A stretch of DNA of 53,402 nt from a virus. Taxonomy: Duplodnaviria > Caudoviricetes. Position 1 is the first letter of the stretch. Every line of letters begins with the position of its first letter. Of the stretch, positions 45,008-53,402 are shown piece by piece. The stretch lies in the IMG/VR virus record IMGVR_UViG_3300029267_000987, positions 1 to 53,402 of that record; one strand, 5' to 3'. A program made the position numbers and the translations under genes. Under the pieces are notes generated by a model that saw nothing but the letters and a program-made list of their open reading frames with translations, searched no databases and was not told the DNA's origin.

Positions 45008-45118
45008 TAGCCCATATATATTATATCATATATATATAGTTATTGTATAATCTTTGAAGATAGTATGGGGGTCTGTTTGAAGTAGTATAGGGTCTGTTTC
45101 GGGAACAAATTAATCGCA

Positions 45119-45157
45119 CACACATATGTATAGTTAGTTAGAGTTCTGTTTCCTTTT
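45119..45157 (-). repeat. 39-bp tripartite motif, copy 3
   Basis: AAAAGGAAAC-N15-TATACA-N3-GTGTG on the minus strand. Confidence 0.7.
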
Positions 45158-45351
45158 ACCCGTTTTAGATGCATCCCCGGCCCCTACCACTATATAAACC
45201 TTTCCCTATTTTTTAGACATACTATATAAGTGTTTCGATTCGTTTCTTTTTTGGTTGTTAGTATAACTTGAATCTATTGTAATATATAGTCTAATAATTA
45301 TATTATCAGATTATATAAAAAGATAAACCAGTAGAGAGAAAAGACGAGATG

Positions 45352-45366
45352 ATTAACGGCGTTAAT
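45352..45366. promoter_or_regulatory. palindromic operator-like site, copy 2
   Basis: ATTAACG-G-CGTTAAT, shortly upstream of TTTATATA at 45379-45386. Confidence 0.55.
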
Positions 45367-45432
45367 GTAATAGTAAGGTTTATATAGGTAAAGCGGGATT
45401 TAAGCACACCCACCTATACGTTTTAAACAAGA

Positions 45433-45471
45433 AAAAGGAAACAATCGGCTATCTACCTATACAATCGTGTG
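45433..45471 (+). repeat. 39-bp tripartite motif, copy 4
   Basis: AAAAGGAAAC-N15-TATACA-N3-GTGTG. Confidence 0.7.
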
Positions 45472-45814
45472 TGGAACTTGGGAGATAATTTTGTGTTAGA
45501 CCTAAAAAATGTTAGATTTTTGTGTGCCTACGGATTGTAAATATATAAAGTCCACGATTTCTGATACTCTATTCGTTTAGTTACGTAACTCTATTAACTC
45601 TATCACTACTGTTACGATACACTACTAACACAACACACTCTAGTTGGATATTTTACCTATCACTACAATAACCAGACAGGACTATCAGGATAATTAACCA
45701 CCTTAGTATAACAAAGGTATTAGTCAGACTATAAGCATTAGCAATACTAACCATCTATTTGGATAATTTACCTATTGGCTATGTTATTAGACACATCACT
45801 AATAAGATTAAACA

Positions 45815-45826
45815 TAACGCCGTTAA
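45815..45826. promoter_or_regulatory. palindromic operator-like site, copy 3
   Basis: TAACG-C-CGTTAA, the reverse orientation of the same core. Confidence 0.5.
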
Positions 45827-46300
45827 GTCTGGTGTTAGGTAAAACCATAACAGAGTAATGCTGAAATAGATACGTAGGAACGATAGTTACGATTATCCTG
45901 AAAAAGCGTAACAGAGTTAAGATTATTCAGAAAAAAGCGTAATTTTACAGAGTTACGCATCTGCTTAACTTTTCCCCCTAAAGTTAATAGTATCTATTAA
46001 CAAAGTAAATAGATTTCATTAATTCTATACATCGCATTATCTCGGAGGGACCTTACCTAAAATACCTTGAATCTGAAAGGGCCTTAGAACCAACGTATGA
46101 CCCCTTAGATTAAAGTTAATAGAAAACCATAACATAGTAATGAATAAAGCAGAACATATTAACGTCTGTTACGATATAATCAGAACAAAGTATCACCAGC
46201 CTTAGGTATACAACCTGACGTTGTATAGTCAGATTGAGAGTTTTGTCAAAATCATTACAAAAATTTGGTCAATTTGACTTGACCAACAGATTTAAATAGT

Positions 46301-46558
46301 TTGAGAACATATTTATTATTGATAATTATGGCAGACCACGACCCAAATCCGGCAATAACCGTAACAAACGATTTAGTATCTGAACTAAAAGTATTGATTA
46401 AGAGGTATAATAGACTAATGGATAAATATAGAAAAGGTAATCTATCGGATAAACAAGTAGTATACCAAATATCCAGAACGGGACGTATAATAGGGGAGAT
46501 AGGCCAGGAATTAGGAAATCTGAAAGAAATTGTGGAAGAGTTACCAGGAGATAGATAG
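46301..46558 (+). CDS. small helical hypothetical protein (likely start 46328)
   Basis: First ORF of the early block. Confidence 0.55.
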   Translation: MRTYLLLIIMADHDPNPAITVTNDLVSELKVLIKRYNRLMDKYRKGNLSDKQVVYQISRTGRIIGEIGQELGNLKEIVEELPGDR

Positions 46559-46811
46559 AATGCCTAACTTATATATCCGGTATATCATACTTAACATATA
46601 TCATAGACTATCTAACAGATACGGTATATACGATATATACACATATAAGTATAACTATATAGATAATCTAATAGAGGTGAATCAATGAACTACTATGACA
46701 TAAAAGAGATTGGAATCTGTGAATATTGTGGAATAGAGATATGGAACGATTCAGATTGGATGATACATTTAGGTAAACCATATCATACCATTTGCCGTTT
46801 GTATCATAGAA

Positions 46812-47024
46812 TTGAATATGGAGTATAATTTTGGAGTTGATAGAATGGATATGAAAAAGATAGAACAATGGTTCTATGAGAGATTTGGGAGATTACCCGA
46901 ACACGATAAAGGGTATTTCTACGAATGGGTGAATAGATTCGAATCCGGCACAGCAATGGATAGGATGGATTCGGATTCAAAGGCAGTTTGGTATAGGGTC
47001 ACAGGTGATGGCACATGCCTATAA
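46812..47024 (+). CDS. hypothetical protein
   Basis: ORF track; start codon uncertain. Confidence 0.5.
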   Translation: MNMEYNFGVDRMDMKKIEQWFYERFGRLPEHDKGYFYEWVNRFESGTAMDRMDSDSKAVWYRVTGDGTCL

Positions 47025-47209
47025 TATACGATTTAGCGAACCAGACCTACTCAGATATTGAATACGCTAAAATGTCCGAGTCTATGAATCGGATAGAAAT
47101 CGGATTGCAAGATGGAACAAAGATACTCTTTAAGGCCCAGGTCAGGTTTGATGGAGATTCTTATCAAGATTTAAGATGTCGGTCAGGTAGGTCTTATGGA
47201 GGGGTGTAA
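47015..47209 (+). CDS. hypothetical protein
   Basis: AGGTGA RBS. Confidence 0.5.
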   Translation: MPIIYDLANQTYSDIEYAKMSESMNRIEIGLQDGTKILFKAQVRFDGDSYQDLRCRSGRSYGGV

Positions 47210-47429
47210 AATGATTAACTACAAGATGAGAGAGAGGTTACCCTTAGAAGGGGGAAAGGAATTAGAGTTGGTAACGACAGCAACGGAAAGAGGGTTGAGT
47301 GAATGAAACCTGGCGATATAGTCACATTGGAAGGGGTATAGTATGAAATGTAAATATTGCGGAAAGGACCATAGAGCAGAGGGGATGCCATTCACGAATT
47401 GCCATGACCCTTCTAAGCCGTTGCCAGAT

Positions 47430-47506
47430 TCCTTAGCAGATGCACATCCAGAATGGTCGCCTTAGATTATGGTTAATCCAGTAGGGTTCGATTCCCTACT
47501 AAGGTA
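47430..47506 (+). ncRNA. degenerate tRNA-like element
   Basis: T-arm TAGGG-TTCGATT-CCCTA followed by CTAAGGT, which can pair with CCTTAG at 47431-47436 or GCCTTAG at 47459-47465; D and anticodon arms are non-canonical. Confidence 0.3.
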
Positions 47507-47521
47507 TAAGGAATTGATAAG

Positions 47522-47761
47522 ATGACGAAATCTGAATTGGTTGGATATGTTAGAAAATCGAATTGTGGGAATGCTCTAAAACTGGCTATCTTGAAATCAG
47601 CAATAGACAACGCCCAGACAGTTGAAGGGAAAGATGGGGCTGAGTATGTATCACTGATTATGAATCTTTCTAAGATTCGGATGATAATTGGGGATGAGCA
47701 TGAGGTAACATCTGTTTGCCAACTGATAGAAGAGGATGACAATAAAGAGGAACCAGAATGA
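47522..47761 (+). CDS. small conserved-looking archaeal-type protein
   Basis: ELVGYVRKSxxGNALKL...DGxEYVSLIxNL...EVTSVCQL. Confidence 0.65.
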   Translation: MTKSELVGYVRKSNCGNALKLAILKSAIDNAQTVEGKDGAEYVSLIMNLSKIRMIIGDEHEVTSVCQLIEEDDNKEEPE

Positions 47762-47807
47762 TAGAGGAGACAGATGAGGTAATCAGACATTCATAGGAGA
47801 TGATTAA

Positions 47808-48140
47808 ATGCAAAACAAGAAATGTGATATATGCGGAAAAGAACCGGAACAGATAATAGATGGAAAGACCGTAATGGGTGGATGGGCTAATCTATGTCCA
47901 GACTGCCATAGAGAATACGGATGTGGATTAGGTGTAGGAAAGGGTCAGAAGTATGATAACAAAACTGGTGAACTATTAGAACCGAAACCTAAGAAGCATA
48001 CCGACATTGAATCTATCTTAGAAGAGGCAGTTATGGACGGTATCATACACTGTCCCGAATGTGGTAATCCAATTGAACCAGATTGTGAAACCTGTTCCTG
48101 TGGATGGTCTAACCCAATGATGGGCATGGGCTTAATATGA
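47808..48140 (+). CDS. double zinc finger protein
   Basis: CDIC...DGKT..GxWANLCPDC...GLGVGKGQKY and CPEC...CxxCxCGWSN. Confidence 0.7.
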   Translation: MQNKKCDICGKEPEQIIDGKTVMGGWANLCPDCHREYGCGLGVGKGQKYDNKTGELLEPKPKKHTDIESILEEAVMDGIIHCPECGNPIEPDCETCSCGWSNPMMGMGLI

Positions 48141-48418
48141 AACGAAAGCGTATCATACTGATAAAACCCATCTGTCCAAAGTGTGGTGGCAGGTGTGAAA
48201 TAAATCTGCACAATTCCTTACCTATCAAAGTCAAACAGGTTATGTGCAAGAAATGCGGTTACGCAGATGCGTTCCGAATAACGGAGGAAGTATATCTGGA
48301 TAGGCTAAACCAGCTATATGATATAACCGATTGGGTTGAAGTAACAGATACATTACCCAATGGTGTAGAAAAGATAATAGAATCAAAGCCATACAAATGG
48401 GGTGATAAGGATGATTAG
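48137..48418 (+). CDS. zinc ribbon protein
   Basis: CPKCG...CKKCGY; ATGA overlap. Confidence 0.6.
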   Translation: MKRKRIILIKPICPKCGGRCEINLHNSLPIKVKQVMCKKCGYADAFRITEEVYLDRLNQLYDITDWVEVTDTLPNGVEKIIESKPYKWGDKDD

Positions 48419-48659
48419 AGAGTTCAGAATAAACCCGTTCATAAGTGAGTCAGATATTGCGAATGAAGTTGAAGATTTAGGGAAAGGTATCAGAATAATG
48501 GATAGCTTCATACTATACAGGTCAGATGAATCCTGTATAGAATTTGGAGTAGTTCACAAACATCAAAGATGGAGTATAGCAGATGCAGTTGGAGTAATAG
48601 CAGGAGCAATCTGTTGCACAATGTTTCTGGCTGGATTCTATCTGGGATTAATAATGTAA
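48402..48659 (+). CDS. small protein with C-terminal transmembrane helix
   Basis: Hydrophobic tail AVGVIAGAICCTMFLAGFYLGLIM. Confidence 0.55.
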   Translation: MIRMIREFRINPFISESDIANEVEDLGKGIRIMDSFILYRSDESCIEFGVVHKHQRWSIADAVGVIAGAICCTMFLAGFYLGLIM

Positions 48660-48786
48660 CACTACACACCCCTATACTATATATCAAGACTATAATCAAC
48701 ATATATGTAGGGGCCATTATCTATTCACAGGTATTAGATTATAACCTGACAAAGAGGTATCAGGTTTAAAAAAAGGCGATATAGGA

Positions 48787-48804
48787 ACCTTTATATACCT
48801 ATAT
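48787..48804 (+). promoter_or_regulatory. archaeal-type promoter, copy 2 of the 18-bp repeat
   Basis: ACCTTTATATACCTATAT, identical to 175-192. Confidence 0.7.
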
Positions 48805-48871
48805 TCCATTACCTCTATTCGTGGATTGGGTAAAAAAGATTCACGTTAAAAACAGAAAAGGTGGAAACCAG

Positions 48872-49423
48872 ATGAATTTGCAAGAAAGGTTGGCTAAGCA
48901 AAAGGCCAAGAGACAGAAAAAGGGAACAGCCAAAAAGACCGGACAGAAATCAAAGCCCAGAATCAAGAAGGGTAAGGTAATGACTCCAACCTATGAGGGG
49001 TGGAGCAGATTCACACCCGAACCCTATCCAGAACTTGCAGGGTCATATGAACGGTTCTGTCACACCTTCGGGCCTGAGATGTCGGTTCTGAAGGAGTTGG
49101 ATTTCGATGGACATGAGAGATGCCATGAGGGAGTCTCATCCAAGATTCTTGACAGCATCACCCAACTCTTTGAGAGTGGGAGGATAGCAGATGTAGCAAC
49201 CTATCCAAAGGATGCTCCAATCTCGTTCATTACCAACTATCTTCTGACCGGAGACACAAAGTATAACAAGAAAAAGGTGGAGGAGATTCTGCCTGACTTG
49301 GAAGAACTGGGAGTCAATCTTCAGAAGCCGGGGATAAAACCCAGAGACGACCCTAACCTGACTGGAGAGACAGAAGGGTATGGGGATGATGACGACGAAG
49401 AAGAAGAAGAGGATGAAGAGTAG
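48872..49423 (+). CDS. hypothetical protein, basic N-terminus and acidic C-terminus (ORF track start 48821)
   Basis: AGGTGG RBS before ATG 48872; has its own promoter and terminator. Confidence 0.75.
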   Translation: MNLQERLAKQKAKRQKKGTAKKTGQKSKPRIKKGKVMTPTYEGWSRFTPEPYPELAGSYERFCHTFGPEMSVLKELDFDGHERCHEGVSSKILDSITQLFESGRIADVATYPKDAPISFITNYLLTGDTKYNKKKVEEILPDLEELGVNLQKPGIKPRDDPNLTGETEGYGDDDDEEEEEDEE

Positions 49424-49449
49424 AACAGCCGAGAACAGAGAATCGAATT

Positions 49450-49496
49450 GAAGGGTTTTGCTCATCAGAAGATGGGCAACCCTTCTATCTTTTTTT
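49450..49496 (+). terminator. hairpin plus T-tract terminator
   Basis: GAAGGGTT..GCTCATC-AGAA-GATGGGC-AACCCTTC followed by T7. Confidence 0.65.
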
Positions 49497-49559
49497 ATCT
49501 AAACGGTTTATCTCTTACAGCAGGGGGATAAATCGGGATAATCAGATAGGAGGTCATAA

Positions 49560-50111
49560 ATGGATTTATCGACAGATAGATTAGCCAAGCTAAAGGCTAA
49601 ATGTATGTCTGAAGAAATCAGGCAGAATGTGAAACAGGTAGTGGAAACATATCTGCTACGAAACGAATATGATTTTGAACCGCCGACTGTTAGAATACAG
49701 CAGAAGAAGAAAGGTATTTGGCTGGGTTACTATTCTCCAGATAAGAAGGTAATTCACATACGGAATCTTGGAACAGATGCGAAAACAATGGCAGTTATAT
49801 TACACGAATATGCTCATTGGTTGCATCAGTGTATCTACGGAAATAGATTCAGAGGGGGAAATAAACATCCAGCTGAGTTCTTCATAATCTGCTACGACTT
49901 ATATACAATAGCAGAGCAGTTAGGTTTCAAAGTAGATACATCCGAATCCAAGTTTCATCCTAAAGTCTGGCGACCAATACATCTGGCTAAGACATTAGAT
50001 GGATTTACCGACAGAGAAATCAAGTCTCTCATACTCGGAGATAGCAGACCGAAAGGAATCAAGAAAAGCAGAGCGAGAGCCAATATCAAGTCCAGACTCG
50101 GAAGGAGATGA
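49560..50111 (+). CDS. SprT-like zinc metalloprotease
   Basis: WLGYY, VILHEYAH (HExxH) and downstream KHPAEF providing a third His. Confidence 0.75.
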   Translation: MDLSTDRLAKLKAKCMSEEIRQNVKQVVETYLLRNEYDFEPPTVRIQQKKKGIWLGYYSPDKKVIHIRNLGTDAKTMAVILHEYAHWLHQCIYGNRFRGGNKHPAEFFIICYDLYTIAEQLGFKVDTSESKFHPKVWRPIHLAKTLDGFTDREIKSLILGDSRPKGIKKSRARANIKSRLGRR

Positions 50112-50123
50112 GGGGGAATCTGG

Positions 50124-50927
50124 ATGGGATTGGATGAACGGATAGCTAAAGCTAAAGAGAGGAGAAGGTTAAAGAAGGAGAAGCAGGAGAGGAAGAGGAA
50201 GCAGAAGAAGGGGGAAGTAGAAGAGGAGTATTCACCAGCAACCAAATACCGCAGATGCCGTAATCCAAGATGTCAGTTTAAGAAGAGGTTTGGGGAAGCA
50301 TATGAATGGTATATATTCTCTATCAAACATAAGAAGATTATAACTATATCTGGATGGGAATATCATAAAGATTCAGGAAAGATGATGGAATCAGAGTATA
50401 ATATAACATTTGAAATTGATGAAGCTAATATACGAAACTTAGTATGCCCATTCTGTTTCTATATAGGTGAAGTTGTAACGGAGAAGGAGCTGAAATGGGA
50501 TTGGCAGAAAGATGTTCCAACTATCGAGATGGAGAACTGGTTTAAGACTGAATGGATAAATCCAAGACTGCTGACAACACTTGATACTAAACCACCACCT
50601 AAACGGAATAGGAGTAGATTTAAGGATGAATGGACATGGTGTCTATCAGATTCAGATGTAGATGAAATTGAATTGGCAGAACATAGGTATCCAGTTCCAT
50701 TGGATTGTAGTCCAGACTTATGTGACTTCAGGGGGAAGTGTTGCTTCGAAGGTGACTCCAGGGGGTTCAGATGCAGATTAGCTATGCGGATGAATGGTGA
50801 GAAACCTGTATACGAGAAGAGGAAGGTGAGGGGTGGCAGAAGAGATGTGAGGACAAAGGGGGAGAGGTTACAGATTGCAAAGAAAGCAAAAGCGAGAGTC
50901 AGATTAAGGAGGTTACGAAATGGTTAA
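50124..50927 (+). CDS. Cys-rich hypothetical protein with basic termini
   Basis: CRNPRC, CPFC and C-terminal Cys cluster. Confidence 0.65.
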   Translation: MGLDERIAKAKERRRLKKEKQERKRKQKKGEVEEEYSPATKYRRCRNPRCQFKKRFGEAYEWYIFSIKHKKIITISGWEYHKDSGKMMESEYNITFEIDEANIRNLVCPFCFYIGEVVTEKELKWDWQKDVPTIEMENWFKTEWINPRLLTTLDTKPPPKRNRSRFKDEWTWCLSDSDVDEIELAEHRYPVPLDCSPDLCDFRGKCCFEGDSRGFRCRLAMRMNGEKPVYEKRKVRGGRRDVRTKGERLQIAKKAKARVRLRRLRNG

Positions 50928-51159
50928 AGCATTTGGTCTGAGGGATATAGGAGATGAGGTTGTTATAGTAGGTATACCGGAGAGTGTAGAACCATTAGTT
51001 CTATCAGAGCTAAGGGAGTGTGCCAGGTGCGGAGGGATGTTATGGGTTTCACGACAGATGCTACACCAGATAGGGGAACCTGATAAATTCTTATGTGTCA
51101 GCTGTATGAACAGTATGCTGAAAGAGGAAAAAGAGAACGTTCAGAAAGCGTATGTGTGA
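50920..51159 (+). CDS. zinc finger microprotein
   Basis: CARCG...LCVSC; GGAGGT RBS. Confidence 0.6.
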   Translation: MVKAFGLRDIGDEVVIVGIPESVEPLVLSELRECARCGGMLWVSRQMLHQIGEPDKFLCVSCMNSMLKEEKENVQKAYV

Positions 51160-51311
51160 GGTTAGATTATGAATCGGGAGGAACTACATGGTATCAGCTA
51201 AAGAACGAATCAGAATATTCGATGAACTATTGAAAGGATTAGAAGTGTGCGAAAAGAAACTGACTGTGGTGGCTACTGCCAAACCAAAGGTAGCAGATAA
51301 GGAGGAATTAC

Positions 51312-52043
51312 ATGAGCAAGACTAAGAGAATACAGAAGAGTAGCATCATCTACCTCTTCCATTCATACGAGACAGTGGAAGAGATTAGGGAAAGGATAGC
51401 AGAACTGACAGGAGATGAAAGGTATACAAAAAAGAAGGTAAAATGCAGATACTACTTCGGAGAAGATGAAGTGACAGAACCTGTTGCACTTCTGCTAAAG
51501 AAATATATGCCGGAAGATATATACAGAGATGAGTTTGAGATAGATAATAGGGTGGACTGGATAGCCTGGGGCATCTCTATTGAAGATATGCTTCCATCGT
51601 GGGATGAGATAGAGAAGCTATCAGGCTATTCGGTTATGACAAGAGACTGTTATTCTACATCAGTTAATATAAACGATGTAGAGGATTTACAGGAGAATCA
51701 GAGGATAACTCTAAAGGATGGGTATGGATATGATTTCAAATCCTATATCAGATTCACCTTCAACATAGAGTATATCCTTCCCGAAGGTGACGAATGGAAA
51801 GTGGGAAGTCATAAGAAGGTTATTCTGGAAGCGTTGAGTCGTCTGAATAACAGGATTGAGGATGCAAAGATAATGCAGATGAAAGCCTTCGCATCATCCA
51901 CAGATTGCAGAACAGTAACAAAAGAGGAATTCAGCTGTCAGGAGGAGGACAATCTTATCAGCCAAGATGGGATTAAGTTCGACTTAGCAGAAGCGAAAGA
52001 GAAAGCAGAGGAAGTGGAACCGATAGGTGATGAAGATGAGTGA
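51312..52043 (+). CDS. hypothetical protein
   Basis: 243-aa ORF with AGGAGG RBS. Confidence 0.75.
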   Translation: MSKTKRIQKSSIIYLFHSYETVEEIRERIAELTGDERYTKKKVKCRYYFGEDEVTEPVALLLKKYMPEDIYRDEFEIDNRVDWIAWGISIEDMLPSWDEIEKLSGYSVMTRDCYSTSVNINDVEDLQENQRITLKDGYGYDFKSYIRFTFNIEYILPEGDEWKVGSHKKVILEALSRLNNRIEDAKIMQMKAFASSTDCRTVTKEEFSCQEEDNLISQDGIKFDLAEAKEKAEEVEPIGDEDE

Positions 52044-52404
52044 ACCATACCTGAGAGCGGAAATATCAGAAGAACGGATGAAATTCATACAAGAGAACAC
52101 AGGTATGGATTACTTTGGAGAGGCGTTAGGTCTAACAGTGGAAAGAATGGAGTATCTGAAAGACTTAACAGTGAAAAGGATTCTACTCAGAGATTTAGAT
52201 ATGAGTGAAATAAAAGTCTTGGATAATCCAACAGAAGAGGAGAGAGAGAAGGTAGACAAAGTCTGGCCCCATAAGAAATCAGAAAGGTTTGCTCGGCTGA
52301 TAGAAGTAGGAAAGGAGGAGGAATTGAATCTGATTGAACTTCTCTTTATGACGGATAGGATGGAAGTTCTCCTACTTACTCAGGAATTAAGGAACCAGAT
52401 ATAA
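52027..52404 (+). CDS. hypothetical protein
   Basis: AGGTGA RBS; helical. Confidence 0.65.
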   Translation: MMKMSEPYLRAEISEERMKFIQENTGMDYFGEALGLTVERMEYLKDLTVKRILLRDLDMSEIKVLDNPTEEEREKVDKVWPHKKSERFARLIEVGKEEELNLIELLFMTDRMEVLLLTQELRNQI

Positions 52405-52430
52405 ATAAATCATATATGTGAGGTGCTCAG

Positions 52431-52646
52431 ATGGACAACGACCCTAAGATAAGTAAGACAGGATATTCCATAACATTCAGACACAGAGAACCATCTCCCC
52501 AAGAGATGAACGAATATCTGGAGCAGGGTATAATGGTCAGAGTGAAACGCAAATACGGAGTAACCATACACAGACCAGAGAGGAAGAAAAAGAAGATGAC
52601 GAAATCAGAGAAGAGAGAGCTAAGAGAGAAGATACTGAAGAGGTGA
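52431..52646 (+). CDS. small basic hypothetical protein
   Basis: GAGGTG RBS. Confidence 0.6.
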   Translation: MDNDPKISKTGYSITFRHREPSPQEMNEYLEQGIMVRVKRKYGVTIHRPERKKKKMTKSEKRELREKILKR

Positions 52647-52650
52647 CAAG

Positions 52651-52821
52651 ATGGCTGAGCCTAATATCAATTTTGTATCTGGAGAGGTTCTTATCCAGCT
52701 ACAACCCTATACTAACTCCTTCTCAATAGCTGGAAGGGGAAGCGTATGGTGTGAGCTGAAGGTTACAGATATACCTGATTTAGAGAAGGCCATTGTGGAG
52801 ATGAAGAAAGCTCTCAGATAG
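52651..52821 (+). CDS. hypothetical protein (56 aa, not in ORF track)
   Basis: GAGGTGA RBS; MAEPNINF...MKKALR; followed by a terminator. Confidence 0.6.
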   Translation: MAEPNINFVSGEVLIQLQPYTNSFSIAGRGSVWCELKVTDIPDLEKAIVEMKKALR

Positions 52822-52829
52822 ATTGGTCA

Positions 52830-52868
52830 GGGGTGTCTGTCGTAATAGACAGATGCCCCATTTTTTTT
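52830..52868 (+). terminator. hairpin plus T-tract terminator
   Basis: GGGGTGTCTGTC-GTAATA-GACAGATGCCCC followed by A and T8. Confidence 0.75.
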
Positions 52869-52899
52869 ATAGACCTCAAATAGAACAGGATGAATAAGC

Positions 52900-53133
52900 A
52901 TGAGATATAAATGGACAGTCCCGATAAAGGTAGAGATAAGAACTCAGATAGATGAGAAATACTGCTCTCACGATTGTAGAGGGTATGTCCCTTATAATAA
53001 CTACTGTCAGTTATTCAAGAGCCAGATAACTCCAATACATTCCCAATTAATAGAAGGCTATAAATACCATAGACGTTGTAGTGATTGTATAACTGCAACT
53101 GGTAATAGGAAAGCAAAGAGGATTAAGATATAG
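52900..53133 (+). CDS. Cys-rich microprotein
   Basis: CSHDC...YCQLF...RCSDCI. Confidence 0.55.
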   Translation: MRYKWTVPIKVEIRTQIDEKYCSHDCRGYVPYNNYCQLFKSQITPIHSQLIEGYKYHRRCSDCITATGNRKAKRIKI

Positions 53134-53233
53134 TTTCACAATCAGGTGGGTATGGTTCAGACCTCTAATCGTAACTGCTGTATAGAACCCATCCATTCCC
53201 ATATCCACCTGACCCATCTTAAACGGTGATTAA

Positions 53234-53402
53234 ATGGAAGCTACTATAAAATGTCCAAAATGTGGTGAGTCAGGAGAGAAGTTGAAAGGTAATGATGAGC
53301 ATTGGCATTGTATTAGATGCTCCTACCTCTTCAGGATTACTCGTAAGATTTACTTCGAGGCTATACGCATATTTCTAAAACATTCATATCCAGATAAGAT
53401 AG
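53234..53402 (+). CDS. zinc ribbon protein, truncated by the window end
   Basis: GGTGA RBS; MEATIKCPKCG...WHCIRCSY stays open to the edge. Confidence 0.55.
   Translation, partial: MEATIKCPKCGESGEKLKGNDEHWHCIRCSYLFRITRKIYFEAIRIFLKHSYPDKI

Larger units (their letters stand above)
45008..46300. other. 1.3-kb non-coding control region between divergent gene blocks (candidate origin/packaging site)
   Basis: No ORF of 60 aa or more; several TATA boxes, direct repeats and palindromes. Confidence 0.6.

Noticed and set aside
45008-46300. CRISPR or mini-CRISPR array in the non-coding region
   Set aside because: The repeats are short, irregularly spaced and not separated by uniform spacers.
53234-53402. 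Exact circular closure or terminal direct repeat
   Set aside because: No sequence shared between the two ends was seen. Joining them directly stops the last ORF after two more codons and does not put it in frame with the open frame at 2-169, so completeness is unproven.
1-53402. Alternative genetic code or stop-codon reassignment
   Set aside because: Standard-code ORFs tile the genome densely, and TAA, TAG and TGA all end genes at sensible boundaries.

Overview
The window looks like a near-complete genome of a tailed (HK97-type, siphovirus-like) dsDNA virus with an archaeal host. Evidence for an archaeal host: TTTATATA-type TATA boxes, AGGTGA-type ribosome-binding sites and an MCM-like helicase. 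A minus-strand virion block runs 45007->15146: terminase subunits, portal, an 1800-aa polyprotein, scaffold, major capsid protein (MCP), head fibre/decoration genes, neck, tail tube, a frameshifted tail chaperone, a short tape measure and tail-tip proteins. Plus-strand early genes occupy 46301->end and 1->15192: SSB-like, Sak4/AAA_24 ATPase, MCM-like helicase, RHH regulator, HNH, RecU/Hjc-like resolvase, SprT-like protease and many Zn-finger microproteins. I recognise no DNA polymerase, primase, integrase or CRISPR array. The main novelty is the polyprotein in the prohead-protease position. It fuses ASCH-like, Zn-ribbon, nucleotidyltransferase, N6-adenine methyltransferase, ATP-dependent DNA ligase and two LigD-type phosphoesterase domains to a C-terminal prohead-protease-like domain. 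A DFx[FI][DE]xxDF motif recurs at its domain junctions, and a 21-aa copy of the MCP N-terminal peptide is inserted inside the ligase, suggesting a self-processing, capsid-loaded DNA repair/protection kit. Also notable are a tRNA-like RNA with a ~150-nt structured insert and a four-copy 39-bp DNA motif arranged as two divergent pairs. All calls come from reading motifs by eye; no searches were run.
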